Source of the DNA: a virus
DNA length: 64,000 nucleotides
Direction: 5' to 3' (one strand)
IMG/VR virus record: IMGVR_UViG_3300037069_000805
Span: 40,241-104,240 of that record
A program made the position numbers and the translations under genes. The notes under the pieces were generated by a model. The model saw only the letters and a program-made list of their open reading frames with translations. It made no database searches and was not told the DNA's origin. Positions 21,427-31,652 of this stretch are shown one piece after another (the stretch's first letter is position 1; every line of letters begins with the position of its first letter).

Positions 21427-24400
21427 TTATGTAGTATAATAAATAGATGGTGAATAGAAAATTAATTTATAGTTATTTTCATTTTGAAACTGAAGTTTCA
21501 ATTTAATATATGGAGCACGAATTCTATTTCTATTTTGACGAGGAATCAACACATTCCAGTCACGAAATTTTCTTCTTGCATTTTCATTTCTTCCAACAAC
21601 TATTGGAACCAGTCCACTATCTTGATAATCATTATAAGCTTGTATTTTATTTAAAGTTATTTCAGGTTGATCTACATTATTTAATGTAACATCAGATTTA
21701 AAATTAATATTATCAAATACACAATCTAAATTTGGTTCTGGGTTAACATTAAATGTAATATAAGAAGGAAATATTTCACCATAAAATGAATTATAATCTC
21801 CAGCATATTGTTTCCATATTTGAGATATATCAGGTGAAGTAGTAATAAAATTATCACCTTTACTCATATACATAGACGGAATATAATCATAGAAACTAAT
21901 AAAGTTCTGCTTATTCTCATTATAAGATAATGTAAATGATTGATCATTTTGATGTAATGTTATAAATATATCATTATTAATATAATCAAAAGATACTACC
22001 ACACCTTGTTTAATTAACGGATTATCTATTTTAAGCTCTTGTAAGGAACTATTATTATAAAAGTATGTATGCATACCTTTTGTATCAGATTGTCCTTCTA
22101 TTTGTCCTCTAAATGAGTTAAATGATCTATTTAAAGCATCATAGTAATATATAGCAGATGATGAACTTGCAATAGCCCATTTATTTATACTTCCAGATTC
22201 AGTAGTAATATAATTATAATCTTGTAATACTGAACCTAAACCTAATTCTAATGATAATCCATCACTAGCTTGTGTTTGAACTCTTGGTAATATAGATATA
22301 AATGCAATACCTGTATCTTGAAATGAAAATATATTATCTTTGAAACTATATAATGAATTTATTGGTCCATATTCACCTTTTAAATGTAATATATTATTTA
22401 CTTGAATATCAGTCCAGCTATCTATAATCTCACCAGGAACTTTAATTTTAGTTGATATTATAGTAGTGTCAAAATTATTTGTTTTTTTAAATTTATAATC
22501 AACATCTCTAGTTTTAATTAAATTAGATTGTTGAGAATAAACTGTATTATATTTTTGATATTCATTATATTGTGGTTGAAATCTATTATCCCAAGGAGTA
22601 AGGCTTAAATCATTTCTGTTTTGTAAATCTATAGATGTTTCCAATCTTACAGATACTATTTCAGTATGTTGTTGTGAATTTTTACTATATACTTCAGTTT
22701 CGGTTTTAACTAATTTTGTAAACTGAAACTTTTGAACAAATGTATCTCCTGGATGTTTACAGTAATAAATATTTGTATTTATTTCTTGGTATTCACCTAT
22801 TTCAATATAATTAGTTCTTTTCTTAGATTCATAACTATTACCTTTGTATAAATTACCAACATATATTAATATATTAGGTATTTTAAATTCTCCAATAACA
22901 GCGATATCATCATCCATTCCTAATGATGCATGTATATCTTCAAGTTTAGTTCTATCTTCTGTTGCAAGTGAAGAATCACCTAATGCAAATGTAATATTTT
23001 TAGAACCAAAAGTATTTACTGAATATAAATATCTACCACCATCAGCAGTTAATTGTTCTAATGAATTATAAAATACTAGTTCAGAATTATTTGCATATAT
23101 AGTTCTACCTTGACCTTTTTCAACAAGTAATGGTGTACTATAAGTATCATATGTAGTTATAATAGATGGATTAAATGTTCCCATATAACTTCTATACGTT
23201 TGCACAAATTCCATATTATCATCACCATGTGCTACTTCAAAAAATCCTTTATCAACTAAATCCATCCAATTTCCTATAGTTTCTTGTAGATTTACTCCAA
23301 CAGCTTTAACATCATATGGTGATATTGCACCTATAACTTTAGTTTCACTAATTACTTGTTTAGTTTCAATTTTTCTAAGTTGTCCCCAAAAATAATTATT
23401 ATCATTTTTAGCTCCACCTATCACATTAAGTTGTACATTTGACATATTTTGAATTAAATCAAATGTTGCTTCTGGAGAATACATTTGCATAAGTTGATTA
23501 AACTGAAATGTTTCAGATAATCTATCATCTGCATTTGAAGTATTAAATACTTCTGTACCTGCACCATATGTAAATGGTGAAATTGGATTAGGTTTTAAAT
23601 TTGGATGTATAGTAGGATCTTGACTATCAACTCTATCATATGTTGACATTCTATATTGAGGGCATAAATAATTATCATATCTACGCATTAATGATGGTAA
23701 TTTATCTCCAGCATTTGCAAAATCTATTGCTTCAGGACTAAATGGTGCTGTATTAACATTTCCATTTTTATTATTAGAAATCATTCCATTAATTAATCCT
23801 TGACATATAATAGATCTATCTAACAGAGTTCTTTCACCTATAATTAATTTATATCCAACTGGTTTTAAAAATTCATCATAATTTCCATTATCATCTAAAA
23901 AATTAGATTGATCATTCAACCATATATAAAATTCTGCTTTTAATGTAATTTCTAAAGATGCAAACTTATCATTTAAATTTATTCCATCATCTGTAGCTAC
24001 TATAAAATCAGCAATCCATTTAGGTAATGCATCAGCGCCATATTTATTATAAAATTTAATACCTAATCTATATAATTCATTATCTTTAAAAAACCTACCA
24101 TTTATGTCTTCATTAGTAAATCCATTAATACCTACTTCACTTCTTACAATTTTATATTTTAAATACATACCCTCACCTCCTAAAATGGAAGAATTATATT
24201 GGTATTTATTTATCATATAATTTTTGTTTATAGATGAAAATTTTTCAGGAACTGTATACGTATTATATACAGTAATAGAAGGTTCGTTACTAATTGGATT
24301 ACCAGATCCATCATCTATTAAAGAATTATATATTTCTGTAGTTAAAGCATTCATTGGAAACGAATAAGCTCTTGTATCTAAATTAATTTCAAGATTCTTT

Positions 24401-25470
24401 TCTTTATAATTAGCTAAGAACATAATATTTTTCTTAGTATTTATATGTTTTGGTATAATTATATCCGAACCTAAAAATAAAAATTCTTCTAAAGAAACTG
24501 TTTCTATAATATTACCATCATCATAATAAGTTACTTCTGTTAATCCAACTATATTTTTATCTAATATAAGACTAACAGATGGTATTTGATTAAAAGACGT
24601 ATATTTTATAGCATACAATCTAATATTAGTATAATCATTATCTAATACATCTATATTAATAACAGGTAATGTTTTTACTATTTCATTAATATCTCCTCCA
24701 CCTTCTATATTATTATCTAATGATATTAATTCTGATAATGGACTTATTTTTGTTTGAGAACCATTTAACTTGTAAAGATTATAAGCATATTGAATCATTC
24801 CTGCAGTATGTATACCACCTGACAATATATCTATAATTTTAGGTTGTGTAAATGTATAATCTCCAACTATATTTAATATATTAGAACTTACATCAATTAG
24901 TTCTTCTAAATCACCATTTAATATAGAATGTTCTAAATTTAAAAATCTCATTTGATTCTTACCATCTACCCAATATATTTTATCAATAATATCATTTTCA
25001 AAATTATTAATACACTGAATTGGATTAGTTATATTAAATTGTAAATCTCTCATATATAATAATGTTATATCATATGTAATATCATTTACTTTCCAGACAC
25101 AATCAAATCCATTATTATCAGTTGTAAGTAAAATTAAACTATCTCTTGAAAATGTATGTCCTATAATTAATTGATCACCTGATGTTCTATATGTAGTACC
25201 ACTTATAAGATATATATCATTTATTTCATTAGTTGTATAAATTAATTTTTTATTATTATAAAGTATTTTTTTATTAACACCATCAATTATTGGTGTTGGT
25301 ACTGTTAAAATTAAACTATTACCTTTTTCATTAGTTACAGCTCCAGTACTTTGTGTATCTGTAGCAATTACTCTAATATTTCTAGCATTAAAATAAAATT
25401 TATTACTATAATTTGACTTGTTAATGTCTTGGACAAGACCTTCAAAACCTTGTTGTACATTTTTATTCAT
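21427..25470 (-). CDS. Tail muzzle/stabilization protein (crAss001 gp44-like)
   Basis: 1347 aa, beta-rich; KIYWVDG..RFLN, FISFYDYIP, RRKFRDW; position between ring protein and cargo genes. Confidence 0.75.
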   Translation of the reverse strand: MNKNVQQGFEGLVQDINKSNYSNKFYFNARNIRVIATDTQSTGAVTNEKGNSLILTVPTPIIDGVNKKILYNNKKLIYTTNEINDIYLISGTTYRTSGDQLIIGHTFSRDSLILLTTDNNGFDCVWKVNDITYDITLLYMRDLQFNITNPIQCINNFENDIIDKIYWVDGKNQMRFLNLEHSILNGDLEELIDVSSNILNIVGDYTFTQPKIIDILSGGIHTAGMIQYAYNLYKLNGSQTKISPLSELISLDNNIEGGGDINEIVKTLPVINIDVLDNDYTNIRLYAIKYTSFNQIPSVSLILDKNIVGLTEVTYYDDGNIIETVSLEEFLFLGSDIIIPKHINTKKNIMFLANYKEKNLEINLDTRAYSFPMNALTTEIYNSLIDDGSGNPISNEPSITVYNTYTVPEKFSSINKNYMINKYQYNSSILGGEGMYLKYKIVRSEVGINGFTNEDINGRFFKDNELYRLGIKFYNKYGADALPKWIADFIVATDDGINLNDKFASLEITLKAEFYIWLNDQSNFLDDNGNYDEFLKPVGYKLIIGERTLLDRSIICQGLINGMISNNKNGNVNTAPFSPEAIDFANAGDKLPSLMRRYDNYLCPQYRMSTYDRVDSQDPTIHPNLKPNPISPFTYGAGTEVFNTSNADDRLSETFQFNQLMQMYSPEATFDLIQNMSNVQLNVIGGAKNDNNYFWGQLRKIETKQVISETKVIGAISPYDVKAVGVNLQETIGNWMDLVDKGFFEVAHGDDNMEFVQTYRSYMGTFNPSIITTYDTYSTPLLVEKGQGRTIYANNSELVFYNSLEQLTADGGRYLYSVNTFGSKNITFALGDSSLATEDRTKLEDIHASLGMDDDIAVIGEFKIPNILIYVGNLYKGNSYESKKRTNYIEIGEYQEINTNIYYCKHPGDTFVQKFQFTKLVKTETEVYSKNSQQHTEIVSVRLETSIDLQNRNDLSLTPWDNRFQPQYNEYQKYNTVYSQQSNLIKTRDVDYKFKKTNNFDTTIISTKIKVPGEIIDSWTDIQVNNILHLKGEYGPINSLYSFKDNIFSFQDTGIAFISILPRVQTQASDGLSLELGLGSVLQDYNYITTESGSINKWAIASSSSAIYYYDALNRSFNSFRGQIEGQSDTKGMHTYFYNNSSLQELKIDNPLIKQGVVVSFDYINNDIFITLHQNDQSFTLSYNENKQNFISFYDYIPSMYMSKGDNFITTSPDISQIWKQYAGDYNSFYGEIFPSYITFNVNPEPNLDCVFDNINFKSDVTLNNVDQPEITLNKIQAYNDYQDSGLVPIVVGRNENARRKFRDWNVLIPRQNRNRIRAPYIKLKLQFQNENNYKLIFYSPSIYYTT

Positions 25471-26213
25471 TATCTATGTTGTTTTATAATTTCTTTTTCT
25501 CCGAATTTTTTAAATCCATTTTTATGCGCTGAAGTATTTATAATTAATCTATTAATTCCATTCATAAGTGTTTCCATTTTATCTACACTTGGCATTTGTA
25601 ATGCTGTAAATGCAGAAGGCATATAAAAATATCTTTTTTGTTGTATATATTCAAATGCTTTATCAGTTATTTTACCCATTATCCACAATGGTTCTAAATA
25701 TCTACTAAGTATATAATATTCCATACCAATCATAACTTTTTCATTATCTGGTATTAAAGGATAACCTTCTTCATCTGTAGCAATTCCTTGATATGATAAT
25801 TGTATACATCCATCACATATTGATGTAAAAATAATACCTTTTTGAATTTTATAAGTAAATTCATTATTATTACTATAAATATTTGTATTTGTATTTTCTA
25901 AATCAGTAAATTGTGAAGGATCTAAATGAAATATATCTGATGCTTCTCTCATAGAAATACTTGATATATTACCAGATGGACCAGTTATATATCTAACACC
26001 ATTTAAATAAAGTAAATCACAAGGTAATTCTGCTTTATATGATGTTAAATCTAATACTACTAATTTGTTTTCATAAGCTACAGGAGCACCTAATAATCGT
26101 AAAAATTCAAGAATATATTCAGCAGCTTCTTCATATGTTAATTCAGAGGCTAAAGGGTTCTTCATTATTTTCCACATCACTGAGCCAAGTGATTTATAAT
26201 TTGTATTTGTCAT
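25470..26213 (-). CDS. Tail ring/adaptor protein
   Basis: 247 aa; AELPCDL and DEEGYPLIPD motifs; immediately upstream of the muzzle gene. Confidence 0.7.
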   Translation of the reverse strand: MTNTNYKSLGSVMWKIMKNPLASELTYEEAAEYILEFLRLLGAPVAYENKLVVLDLTSYKAELPCDLLYLNGVRYITGPSGNISSISMREASDIFHLDPSQFTDLENTNTNIYSNNNEFTYKIQKGIIFTSICDGCIQLSYQGIATDEEGYPLIPDNEKVMIGMEYYILSRYLEPLWIMGKITDKAFEYIQQKRYFYMPSAFTALQMPSVDKMETLMNGINRLIINTSAHKNGFKKFGEKEIIKQHR

Positions 26214-26220
26214 AATTTAT

Positions 26221-26748
26221 TTAGTATAAAAGATACGCATCGTATCTATCTTTATCTTCATCCTTTATTCTTTTACCTAATAATCTTTTAAATGTTCTAT
26301 TTGATTCAAAAGAATATATATTTTTATTTAAAAAATAGTTATTATATTTTCGAAATTGTATTTTAAATACAAATTTTGATGTATGATTATTTAAATATCT
26401 AACTAATAATCTTTTTTCATAAGCTTCATCGTCTTCATCCCATAATTTATTAGTTGCTACCCAATCAACAGGTGATGTATTATATAATTTACCATTTACA
26501 ATTCTAGGTATTCTTTTATCTTTTTTAATACTTAAAGAAGAACCTATATAAGGTATGTTGTATTCTAAATTTTCTTCAATAATTAAGTTAATAATTTCTT
26601 TATTAAAATCAGATATTATATTAGAAAAAGTTTTAGCTGTTATTTTTAATTCAGGATTATTTTGTTTAAAAAACTTATAATAATCTTTCTTACCATAATG
26701 TGTTTTTATTTTAGCCTTACCTCTTTTATTCTTTATCATTTGAATCAT
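26221..26748 (-). CDS. IHF/HU-like basic protein of the crAss tail module
   Basis: Very basic; IPYIGSSLSIKK, PVDWVAT; position between ring genes. Confidence 0.55.
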   Translation of the reverse strand: MIQMIKNKRGKAKIKTHYGKKDYYKFFKQNNPELKITAKTFSNIISDFNKEIINLIIEENLEYNIPYIGSSLSIKKDKRIPRIVNGKLYNTSPVDWVATNKLWDEDDEAYEKRLLVRYLNNHTSKFVFKIQFRKYNNYFLNKNIYSFESNRTFKRLLGKRIKDEDKDRYDAYLLY

Positions 26749-27409
26749 TTTTTTTATCTTCAGGTATATTAGATTCTTTAATTAATTCATTAATTATCTC
26801 TAATTTAATTAAATCAATTAAATGAGGTTGTAATGGATAATTACTAGTATCAATGTTATAACAAGGAATTATATCTTCACAATTACAACAATTACTATAA
26901 TTTAATAAATCTAAAGGATCTTCAAATACACCAGTAATAGTTATACAATCTAGTAAATTTAAAGTATTAATTTTACTTACTAAGTAGATGTATTTATCAT
27001 TATCTAAATATGCAAATATTCCATTGAATGGAGAATCTTCAAAGTAAGTTGCTTTTTCTTTATTTACAAAACTAAATGGTATAACTAATTTTTTACTAGG
27101 TTTAACAGATGTTATTGCTGATTTAATATGTAATTCTAAAGGTTGTGGTATTGGTTTAGTAGTTCTTAATATAGTTTCACAATCTATATTTAAACCACAT
27201 TGATTAGCAGATATTTGTTCAAGAGGTAAACATAATGTTTGTGTTACTGATATATCTGTAGTTCTTTGATAGTTATTTAAATCTTGTCTTAAATATTTAG
27301 CTCGTTTAAGACCATATAAATATATAATATATCTATCTGATACTTCACTATCATCAGTATATTGTCTTAATACCTCACGAACATCATAAATCATTTTATT
27401 TAATATCAT
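26726..27409 (-). CDS. Tail ring protein paralog
   Basis: 227 aa; QTLCLPLE, ITGVFEDP, YPLQPHLI; synteny. Confidence 0.65.
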   Translation of the reverse strand: MILNKMIYDVREVLRQYTDDSEVSDRYIIYLYGLKRAKYLRQDLNNYQRTTDISVTQTLCLPLEQISANQCGLNIDCETILRTTKPIPQPLELHIKSAITSVKPSKKLVIPFSFVNKEKATYFEDSPFNGIFAYLDNDKYIYLVSKINTLNLLDCITITGVFEDPLDLLNYSNCCNCEDIIPCYNIDTSNYPLQPHLIDLIKLEIINELIKESNIPEDKKNDSNDKE

Positions 27410-27422
27410 TCTTTTTTAAATT

Positions 27423-27449
27423 AAAAAGCCCCTCACATTGGAGAGGCTT
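27423..27449 (-). terminator. Intrinsic terminator
   Basis: AAGCCTCTC-CAATGT-GAGGGGCTT + T-tract, just downstream of the phosphoesterase gene. Confidence 0.7.
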
Positions 27450-27457
27450 ATATTATT

Positions 27458-28408
27458 TTATAATTCCATTAAGCAATTTATAGGAGTTTTACCTTTTAAA
27501 ACTACACCACAAGCTATTGCTGGTTTTTTATTTTCTTTTGCGTATGCCATAGCATATGACTTATGATTTATTCCACAACCTACCTGCATTCCAAATAGTT
27601 TAAACTTAGCTCCTACATACCATTCAACGTAACATTGTGTGTGTAAATGACCTTGTACAATTGATTGTAAATCTGATTTAACTCTATTTCTAGCTGTACC
27701 ACCTTCTCCATGTATATATAATACATCATCAATTTCAATAGATTCTGTAAAATTCCATCCTGGAACACCTAATACTTCTGAATAATCTTTAATCCATAAT
27801 TTAGAAACACCTGCAGAATATGCTTTTCTCATAATTAATCTATCGTGATTACCTATAATTACAGTTGCTTTTGGAAAATGTTGATACCATTTTCTTATTT
27901 CTGAAATTGCCATTGCTAATTCTTGTCCTGCACTATGTCCATCTGGATCAGTTTCATGATATGATGTAGCATGATTATCAATTATATCTCCTATAAAAAT
28001 TACTTCATCGCATTTATATTCATTGTAAATATTTATACAATGTTCTAAATAACCATCTAATGTAAATGGTAAATGTAAATCACCTATTACTAATACATTT
28101 TTACCAGATTTTAATTTTTTAACTTGTTCTTTAAAAGAATCAATTGGAAGTATTCCCATTTTAAAAGCTGATTTAAATACATCTTTAGATGTTTTATATT
28201 CTTTATTTGATATATCTGAACTTTTTAATCCGTTATAATTATTACTTAAAGAATATTTTTCTTTTTTAATTATATTTATTGCAGTTCTACATAAAGATAT
28301 ATTATCTTCTGAATTTTTAAGTCCTAGTTTATCACATAATCTATAACCACCTTCTTTTAAATAACCAGGTTTACTTCTTAAGAATTCTTTTATTTCTTCT
28401 AAACTCAT
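27458..28408 (-). CDS. Calcineurin-like metallophosphoesterase
   Basis: GDLH, GDIID, GNHD, HGE, GHLH motifs in canonical order. Confidence 0.9.
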   Translation of the reverse strand: MSLEEIKEFLRSKPGYLKEGGYRLCDKLGLKNSEDNISLCRTAINIIKKEKYSLSNNYNGLKSSDISNKEYKTSKDVFKSAFKMGILPIDSFKEQVKKLKSGKNVLVIGDLHLPFTLDGYLEHCINIYNEYKCDEVIFIGDIIDNHATSYHETDPDGHSAGQELAMAISEIRKWYQHFPKATVIIGNHDRLIMRKAYSAGVSKLWIKDYSEVLGVPGWNFTESIEIDDVLYIHGEGGTARNRVKSDLQSIVQGHLHTQCYVEWYVGAKFKLFGMQVGCGINHKSYAMAYAKENKKPAIACGVVLKGKTPINCLMEL

Positions 28409-28435
28409 ATATTAATTTTTATAAAATTATTTATA

Positions 28436-28467
28436 CAAAGGTAATGAATATATTTGACATATCCTAA
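28436..28467 (-). promoter_or_regulatory. Bacteroidota sigma70-type promoter
   Basis: TTAGGA-N18-TACCTTTG. Confidence 0.8.
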
Positions 28468-28490
28468 TAAAATCGTATTTATTTTCTAAT

Positions 28491-29120
28491 TTATTTTTTA
28501 ATATTGATAATTCTAACATCATATTCAGCAAATATAATTTTATTTAATAGGTCATATGAAGCTGAAAATAAATCACCTTTCTTATTTTGAAATCTAAGAT
28601 TTACTTTAAAACCTGTTTTAGTAGCATCAGGTGAAGAGTATAATCCTGCACCTCCATATATAGCAAAAGTAGTTTCTTTTACTTTAATAGAATCAACTTG
28701 AGGTTTAATTGTATACTCAGGAGCTATTTCAAGTAGTTCTCCACGTACTTTAGAAAACATTGATATCTTTATATACTTATCTTCAAAATCGTTCTTATAT
28801 GGTCTTATTTGAACTTGTTCTACAAACATATTAGTTTTAGTAGAATCTGTAGCTTTTTCATAACTTTTAACTAACATACTATCAGTTGGATAATTTGTTA
28901 TAAGTTTACCACCTTTTTTAAGTTTAGTTATATATTGTTTATTAGATGGAATAGGTTTAGGTTTAATAAGTGGTTCAAATTTACCTACAATTTCTTTAGT
29001 TTGAAACTTTTGATAATTATTTTTACTAGGTGAACTGTTATAACTTCTATTAATAAATATATATATTAATAATCCTAATATTATTAAAGGTTGTATTAAT
29101 TTTGTTAAATTAAATTTCAT
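28491..29120 (-). CDS. Membrane-anchored protein, spanin candidate
   Basis: N-terminal TM helix (LIQPLIILGLLIYIFI), C-terminal amphipathic beta strands; last gene of the lysis cluster. Confidence 0.45.
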   Translation of the reverse strand: MKFNLTKLIQPLIILGLLIYIFINRSYNSSPSKNNYQKFQTKEIVGKFEPLIKPKPIPSNKQYITKLKKGGKLITNYPTDSMLVKSYEKATDSTKTNMFVEQVQIRPYKNDFEDKYIKISMFSKVRGELLEIAPEYTIKPQVDSIKVKETTFAIYGGAGLYSSPDATKTGFKVNLRFQNKKGDLFSASYDLLNKIIFAEYDVRIINIKK

Positions 29121-30133
29121 TTTTTAAATATTTTTAACCATTGTTTTTCAGATCTTTTAGAATCTATAATTAAAAGATATTTATTAATATGTGTTAATAA
29201 TTCTTTATTTAATAATGCAATATCTATTTTTTCAGAAATTTCTTCAGCATCACCAGTATCTTTAACAATATTTAAATGATTTACAAATGGAATTTCATTA
29301 GATGTAACTACCGGAACCAATTGATTAACACAATCTGCGGAAACAATATTATATGTTTCACTTAAACTTACTTGTAATGCTAAATTCATTTTAGATACAA
29401 GTTTTACAAATTCAGAATGTTTTAACCATTTATGTTCAACTAGTTTATGAGGAGTTCCTTTAAATAAATCTCTAATATTCTTTAATGCATTTTCACCTTT
29501 CTGCTCTATTCTTTCAACATTAATATGTAAATTAAGTATTTTATTATTTCTATCTGCATATATCATCGCACCAATAGCTTGAGTTAATGAATTTTTCATT
29601 GGTCTAATAGCACCAAATAAACCTACATTTAATATTTTATTAAAATCTGAATCATCTGTATTTTTAACAATATGTTTTAATGTTGGATAATAATTTGGTA
29701 AATAAACTATATCTTGATGAATAATTGGTTCAAAAGATTTTATAAATGTTTTTGAATTTGCTGTTATAAATACATTATCATAAGTTGAATATTTCTTTAA
29801 CCAATCTATTGCATTTCCTTCATTAGCTAAGAATGGAAGTTCAGAGTGTAATCTAACTATCCATTTAACTTTAGGATGAAGTTTTTGTAATAGTTCAAAT
29901 TTTTCAGGTACTACCCAAATAGCTTCAATAATTACATGTTTAGGTTTATAGTGAGTTACATATTTATCAATCTCATTATTATCAACTACTTCAACTAAAT
30001 GAGATTTAACTCCATTTTTAACAAGCATATCATTTACAAATATAGCACTGTTATATAATCCGCTATTTACAGTTGAATACGATTGTTCACTATATAATAG
30101 TCTTTTCTTTAATATAAATAATATATCTATCAT
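29117..30133 (-). CDS. Glycosyltransferase (GT-B / GT4-like)
   Basis: GAIRPMKN, SLSETYNIVSADC..VPVVTS (donor-binding region), YLPNYYP. Confidence 0.75.
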   Translation of the reverse strand: MIDILFILKKRLLYSEQSYSTVNSGLYNSAIFVNDMLVKNGVKSHLVEVVDNNEIDKYVTHYKPKHVIIEAIWVVPEKFELLQKLHPKVKWIVRLHSELPFLANEGNAIDWLKKYSTYDNVFITANSKTFIKSFEPIIHQDIVYLPNYYPTLKHIVKNTDDSDFNKILNVGLFGAIRPMKNSLTQAIGAMIYADRNNKILNLHINVERIEQKGENALKNIRDLFKGTPHKLVEHKWLKHSEFVKLVSKMNLALQVSLSETYNIVSADCVNQLVPVVTSNEIPFVNHLNIVKDTGDAEEISEKIDIALLNKELLTHINKYLLIIDSKRSEKQWLKIFKK

Positions 30134-30144
30134 TTTTTTAATTT

Positions 30145-30405
30145 TTATTGTTGATCGTCTTTAGGAGTAGTTAAAGTATTAGCTAACTTATTTCCTATAG
30201 CTATACCACTTAATCCAAATACAAGCCATGCAAATGTTTTAAATACTTCAAGCACAGTTTCAAGTTTATTATCGGGTTGCAAATAAGTAATAACTGTTAA
30301 AGATATTCCTATACCCACCATCATTAAAACAGCAACAAACCATGTTAAGTTTAATCTACTAAATTTACCATCAATCATTAATGTATCTTGGAATAATTTA
30401 CTCAT
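30145..30405 (-). CDS. Two-TM small membrane protein, holin candidate
   Basis: Two hydrophobic helices, 86 aa, in the lysis region. Confidence 0.55.
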   Translation of the reverse strand: MSKLFQDTLMIDGKFSRLNLTWFVAVLMMVGIGISLTVITYLQPDNKLETVLEVFKTFAWLVFGLSGIAIGNKLANTLTTPKDDQQ

Positions 30406-30411
30406 TTTTTT

Positions 30412-31641
30412 TTATTTTATTTCTAACACAATACTTGTTGTATTATATCCTTCAGTATTACCTGCAGTAATTGTATAAACTTTTACTGGAGTTTTTTGAA
30501 TTGGTGTCCCAGATATAACTCCTGTTGTTGGATTTAAATTTAATCCATCTGGAAGTTCTGGTGATATATTATAATTAGCTAAATCAGTTTTTCTAAATTT
30601 CATAGAATTTTTGTCAGCTATATAAATATTTCTTTTATTATCAATTGTTAATCCTTCTGGTGCATATAATGCAGCACTATGATAGCCTCTTGAATCAAAT
30701 CCATCTCTAAATTCACCAACACCTGAACCAGCATATATATTAACTGTCATTCCAGATTTAGTAACACTTTTAATTTGATTAGATAAATAATCAGCTACAT
30801 AAATCATACCTTGAAAATATACAATTCCTGTAGGACTAATTCCAGATAAAAAAGTAGTAACATTATTATTATTATCAATTCTACGTATTGAATTATTATC
30901 TGTATCAGATACATAAATATTACCTGTATTATCACCTGTAATACCTCTCATAGATTTAAATAGTGCATTTGTTCCATTACCGTTTAAATTACCTTTAATT
31001 AAACCTCCTGCAATTGTAGATACATTACCATTTGGTGTAATTTTTCTAACTCTGTAATTATCTGTTACAAATATATTATCTTGATTATCTATCCATAAAG
31101 ATGTAAGTAGAGTAAATTGTGCATTAGATGAAATACCATCAGATAGACCTTTAACACCAGATCCAGATAAAGTAGAAACTAATCCTGTAGGTGAAATTTT
31201 TCTAATTCTATAATTATAAGTATCTAGTACAATTATATTTCCTAATGAATCAAAAGCTGCTGCTTTAGGTGTATTAAATCTAGCATTAGTTCCTTGCCCA
31301 TCTATATAACCTGTTTGTACAACTCCGTTAATTACTTCAAATTTACCTGCTAAAGTAGAACTAATTCCATTAGGATTAATTAATCTAATTGTTTGACTCC
31401 AATCATCAACTACAACTAATGTACCATCTGATTTTACTGCTACTGAATTTGGAAATTTATAAGTAGCTACATTTGGAACGCCATCTTTAGGATATTCCAT
31501 ATTATTAGAATTTCCAGAAACTGTAGTAATTCTTAAATTTGGAGAAACTTGTCCTCCGGTGTTAGTAGGAGTTAATGTAGATATTGGGACATTTACATTG
31601 TAAACAGGTTGAACACCTGTATAATTAATAATTGGTTTCAT
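30412..31641 (-). CDS. NHL-repeat beta-propeller with putative Ig (He_PIG-like) domain
   Basis: Repeated DGxGTNAxF..P..I..D..GNIYVxD..N..IRKI units; LPDGLNLNPTTGVISGTP. Confidence 0.85.
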   Translation of the reverse strand: MKPIINYTGVQPVYNVNVPISTLTPTNTGGQVSPNLRITTVSGNSNNMEYPKDGVPNVATYKFPNSVAVKSDGTLVVVDDWSQTIRLINPNGISSTLAGKFEVINGVVQTGYIDGQGTNARFNTPKAAAFDSLGNIIVLDTYNYRIRKISPTGLVSTLSGSGVKGLSDGISSNAQFTLLTSLWIDNQDNIFVTDNYRVRKITPNGNVSTIAGGLIKGNLNGNGTNALFKSMRGITGDNTGNIYVSDTDNNSIRRIDNNNNVTTFLSGISPTGIVYFQGMIYVADYLSNQIKSVTKSGMTVNIYAGSGVGEFRDGFDSRGYHSAALYAPEGLTIDNKRNIYIADKNSMKFRKTDLANYNISPELPDGLNLNPTTGVISGTPIQKTPVKVYTITAGNTEGYNTTSIVLEIK

Positions 31642-31652
31642 ATATATTATTT

